Positions 61,224 to 64,000 of a DNA stretch of 64,000 nucleotides are shown piece after piece (within the stretch, counting starts at the first letter, position 1; the number at the start of each line of letters is the position of its first letter). The stretch comes from Candidatus Bathyarchaeota archaeon (lineage in GTDB: Archaea; Thermoproteota; Bathyarchaeia; Bathyarchaeales; Bathycorpusculaceae): NCBI GenBank assembly GCA_963770935.1, contig CAVYRJ010000004.1, positions 1 to 64,000 on the forward strand. The letters are read 5' to 3'. The position numbers were made by a program, and so were the translations under genes. A model generated the notes under the pieces. It saw only the letters and a program-made list of their open reading frames with translations, had not been told where the DNA came from and made no database searches.

Positions 61224-62739
61224 GTGGGTCAGGCTCTCAACTCAATTAAAAGTCGGTTTCGCCAATATGGATATCTTATTTTTCCATTATTGGCATTTGC
61301 TATACCAATAGCTGTGCGAGCCATACCTGAAATATTGATGGGTCAATTCTTGGTTGGATTTGACACGATGGGCTATTATGTGCCAAATACAATTGCATGG
61401 TTAAGAAGTGGTGTTAGTTTTTGGGCTTTAATTTCATCCGCTCCTCTACTCTACATACTGCTAATGGGCGCTACTTCCATTGGAGCTTCAATTGTTATTA
61501 TCCTAAAAATAATGGGTCCTTTAATTCTAGGTCTTCTAGGATTAGCAGCCTACCTCTACGCCAATAAAGCCTTATTGTGGTCATCCAAAAAAAGCCTGAT
61601 TGTGGCCATCCTTTCCACATTGTATTTTGTAGCCTTAAGAATATCATGGGATATGTTTCGAAGCGAAATAGCATTAATTTTCCTGTTTTTAACCCTAACT
61701 ATTCTTCAAAAAAATGGGCACAGCCTAAGAAATGCCTTTTTGCTTTCGTTAACGATGGCTTTGGTTGTTTTTTCCCACCAACTTATCGCAATTATTATGT
61801 TTGCAATAATAATTGCAACAATAGCAAATACTGTCACTGAAAAAGAAAAAAGCCGAATTAAAAAGAATTATCATCTGCTCTATTCCCGCTACCTTTCTGC
61901 TTCTCTTAATAATTTACATCAACTACTTTGTTTTTTCATCACCAATTCTGGGTTATTCGATCAATTACTCTGGAGGGTTTGAAGGACTCGCTACTATTTC
62001 TCACATAAACTTAATTTTAGAAACTCTAGGATTCCTTGCATTCTGCTACTTGCCACTAGTTCCTCTGCTTATCTTTGGCTTTAGAAAGCTAAAGACCAAT
62101 TTTCAACTTAAAGCTTGGATAATTTGGCTATTCATTCCATTATTATTAATAATAATTAGTCCAAACTCTTTTTTTATAGGAGGGGTTCTTCCATTCCGTT
62201 GGATTCTACTATTAACTTACCCTCTGTCTTTCTATGCTGTTGAAGGCCTTTTCGCCATCAAATGGAATTGGTACAAAATTATTTACAAGATCGCAGTCGG
62301 CTTCATTTTAGTGCTATTAAGTGTTAGTTTTCTAGTTTTGCCCAACAGTGGCGCGCTTGAATACTTTGGTGGTTATCCAACGTATGTGCCAAAATCAATG
62401 CTGCAGAATACTTTGCAGTTAAGCGATTGCCAGGATACTGTTAACGCGCTACTTTGGGCACGAAATAACCTACCCGGCAATGGGCACTTGCTTGTTCATG
62501 AAGTCTTTTACGGTTGGGCAATTCTAAGTTTTGATAACAACCGATTAAATCCATACTTCTTCGGAAATTTGACCGATGTAACTAACACGTTGAAAGAAGA
62601 CAATTCCACAAGTGCCCTGTATCTGATTTGGTGGGTTAACGGCACCGGGTGGTACGGACAACTAAATGTGCCTTCAGAATTCAAGGAACTCTACCATTCC
62701 GGAAACATTGCCTTATACAAATTCTCTTCAGATAGTTAA
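61224..62739 (+). CDS. Multi-pass membrane protein, GT-C-like (split by frameshifts about 61840-62050)
   Basis: GFDTMGYY, LRISWD.FR, SHQL, many TMs; second ORF continues with TMs and a soluble C-terminal domain. Confidence 0.65.
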
Positions 62740-62879
62740 AACATGAGCAAAATCAATTTTAAGATTAAAACATGTAATATGTTCATGACCGTGATCTTTT
62801 TGGGAAACTTGCAAATATGGGTAAATGTTAAAAGCAATCAAGTGATTAACCTTCAACAAAAGAAAGTCTGACATCGATT

Positions 62880-63143
62880 GTGACAGAATTCTCCAAATGC
62901 TTTAATCAAGTTCAGCAAGTGGTTAGGCGACATACTAACGGTAACTGGGGTTTTCCCTTTATAGGTGGGTTTATTGTGCTCTTGTGTACTGCAGCAGTTC
63001 TATTGGCTGCTGGATGGGCTTCAGTTGCTGAAGTAACCGCAACCTGTGCCTATTTAGCACTAGCTGTCGGCGTTGTATTACAGCTTATCTGCCTCGGAAA
63101 AAACAGAGTAAAAAATGGAGGTGTGTTACATGGGTCAGGTTGA
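62880..63143 (+). CDS. Small membrane protein
   Basis: NWGFPFI.GF..LL..AA, AY.AL.VGVVLQL. Confidence 0.65.
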   Translation: MTEFSKCFNQVQQVVRRHTNGNWGFPFIGGFIVLLCTAAVLLAAGWASVAEVTATCAYLALAVGVVLQLICLGKNRVKNGGVLHGSG

Positions 63144-63876
63144 ATTGTCATTCGTTATTCCCGCTTACAACGAAGAAGTTTTTATCGAGAATACACTCGG
63201 CACATTAGATTTAGCTATTAAGGAAAAAGTGGTCCAATATGAAATCGTTGTAGTTGATGATGGAAGCAGAGATAAAACCTTTACTAAAGCAATGAAATAT
63301 GCAAAAAGAAATGGTCATGTCAAGGTTATTCGTTATGACAGAAATGTCGGAAAAGGGTTCGCAATTAAAACTGGTGTATTGAATTCAGTCGGAGATGCGG
63401 TAATTTTTATCGATGGCGACATGGAAATTGATCTGAATACTGTTTCTACATATGTCAAAGCTTTGAAGTTTGCTGATATAGTTATTGCCACAAAATGGCA
63501 TCCAGATTCCTTGGTTTCAATGCCTTTTAGTCGAAAGATAATGAGTCGAACTTTTAATGTTTTAGTAAGAATACTGACAGGGTTCAGTCTCAAAGATACT
63601 CAGGTTGGCTTAAAAGTCATGAACAGGAGGGCTGTAGATATTATTTTCCCCAAATTGGCGGTTAAACGTTACGCCTTCGACGTTGAACTGCTAACGGTAG
63701 CTAAATTAAGCGATCTGAAAGTTGTAGAGATGCCAGTTAAACTAAAATTAGCCTCTTCCTTTAAACCTAAAGACACTTGGCACATGTTTATCGATTTGCT
63801 CGGAATCGCCTACAGGCTAAGAATAATCCGCTGGTACCAACGTCAAATCTCTCCTAAAAACAATTTGAGAAAATAG
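63130..63876 (+). CDS. Glycosyltransferase family 2 (polyprenol-phosphate glycosyltransferase-like)
   Basis: SFVIPAYNEE, VVVDDGS.D.T, N.GKG.AI, FIDGD, DTQ.GLK, AFDVELL. Confidence 0.93.
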   Translation: MGQVELSFVIPAYNEEVFIENTLGTLDLAIKEKVVQYEIVVVDDGSRDKTFTKAMKYAKRNGHVKVIRYDRNVGKGFAIKTGVLNSVGDAVIFIDGDMEIDLNTVSTYVKALKFADIVIATKWHPDSLVSMPFSRKIMSRTFNVLVRILTGFSLKDTQVGLKVMNRRAVDIIFPKLAVKRYAFDVELLTVAKLSDLKVVEMPVKLKLASSFKPKDTWHMFIDLLGIAYRLRIIRWYQRQISPKNNLRK

Positions 63877-63897
63877 GCTTCTTTCAAAGTGAACTTC

Positions 63898-64000
63898 ATG
63901 AAAATACTTTGGCTAAATTGGCGTTGCTGGCTCAACCCAGCGATGGGGGGTGCCGAAGTTTTTACCTATGAAGTAGCTAAACGATGGGCTACCTATGGGC
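63898..64000 (+). CDS. Glycosyltransferase family 4, N-terminus (truncated by window edge)
   Basis: MKILWLNWRCWLNPAMGGAEVFTYEVAKRWATYG. Confidence 0.8.
   Translation, partial: MKILWLNWRCWLNPAMGGAEVFTYEVAKRWATYG

Overview
Archaeal chromosomal window, most likely Bathyarchaeia (inferred from the gene repertoire: TBP, Spt5, P0, SecY/DUF106/Cmk, an eL22-like and a Cren7-like protein, and a tRNA with a D-arm intron). Housekeeping blocks (end of the spc/S10-type ribosomal cluster, secE-spt5-L11-L1-L10, ilvC, argF, pyrE, TBP, Lhr, ATP-dependent DNA ligase) alternate with accessory genes. Main highlights: (1) an isolated two-gene contractile-injection-system module (T4 gp19-like tail tube plus CIS-tube/initiator-like protein) with no sheath, baseplate or spike nearby; (2) a complete bacterial-type NHEJ operon (stand-alone LigD polymerase, Ku, ligase-phosphoesterase fusion) tightly coupled to DUF72; (3) an arsenic resistance/methylation cluster with palindromic operators; (4) small genes missed by the ORF track (Zn-ribbon Cren7-like, YegP/DUF1508, truncated AbrB-like with 10-bp repeats); (5) an intron-containing tRNA-Leu(UAA) flanked by an IS200/IS605-like right-end relic. 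Many genes, including essential ones, are frameshifted, which most likely reflects sequencing/assembly indels. All family calls come from motif recognition by eye; no database searches were run.
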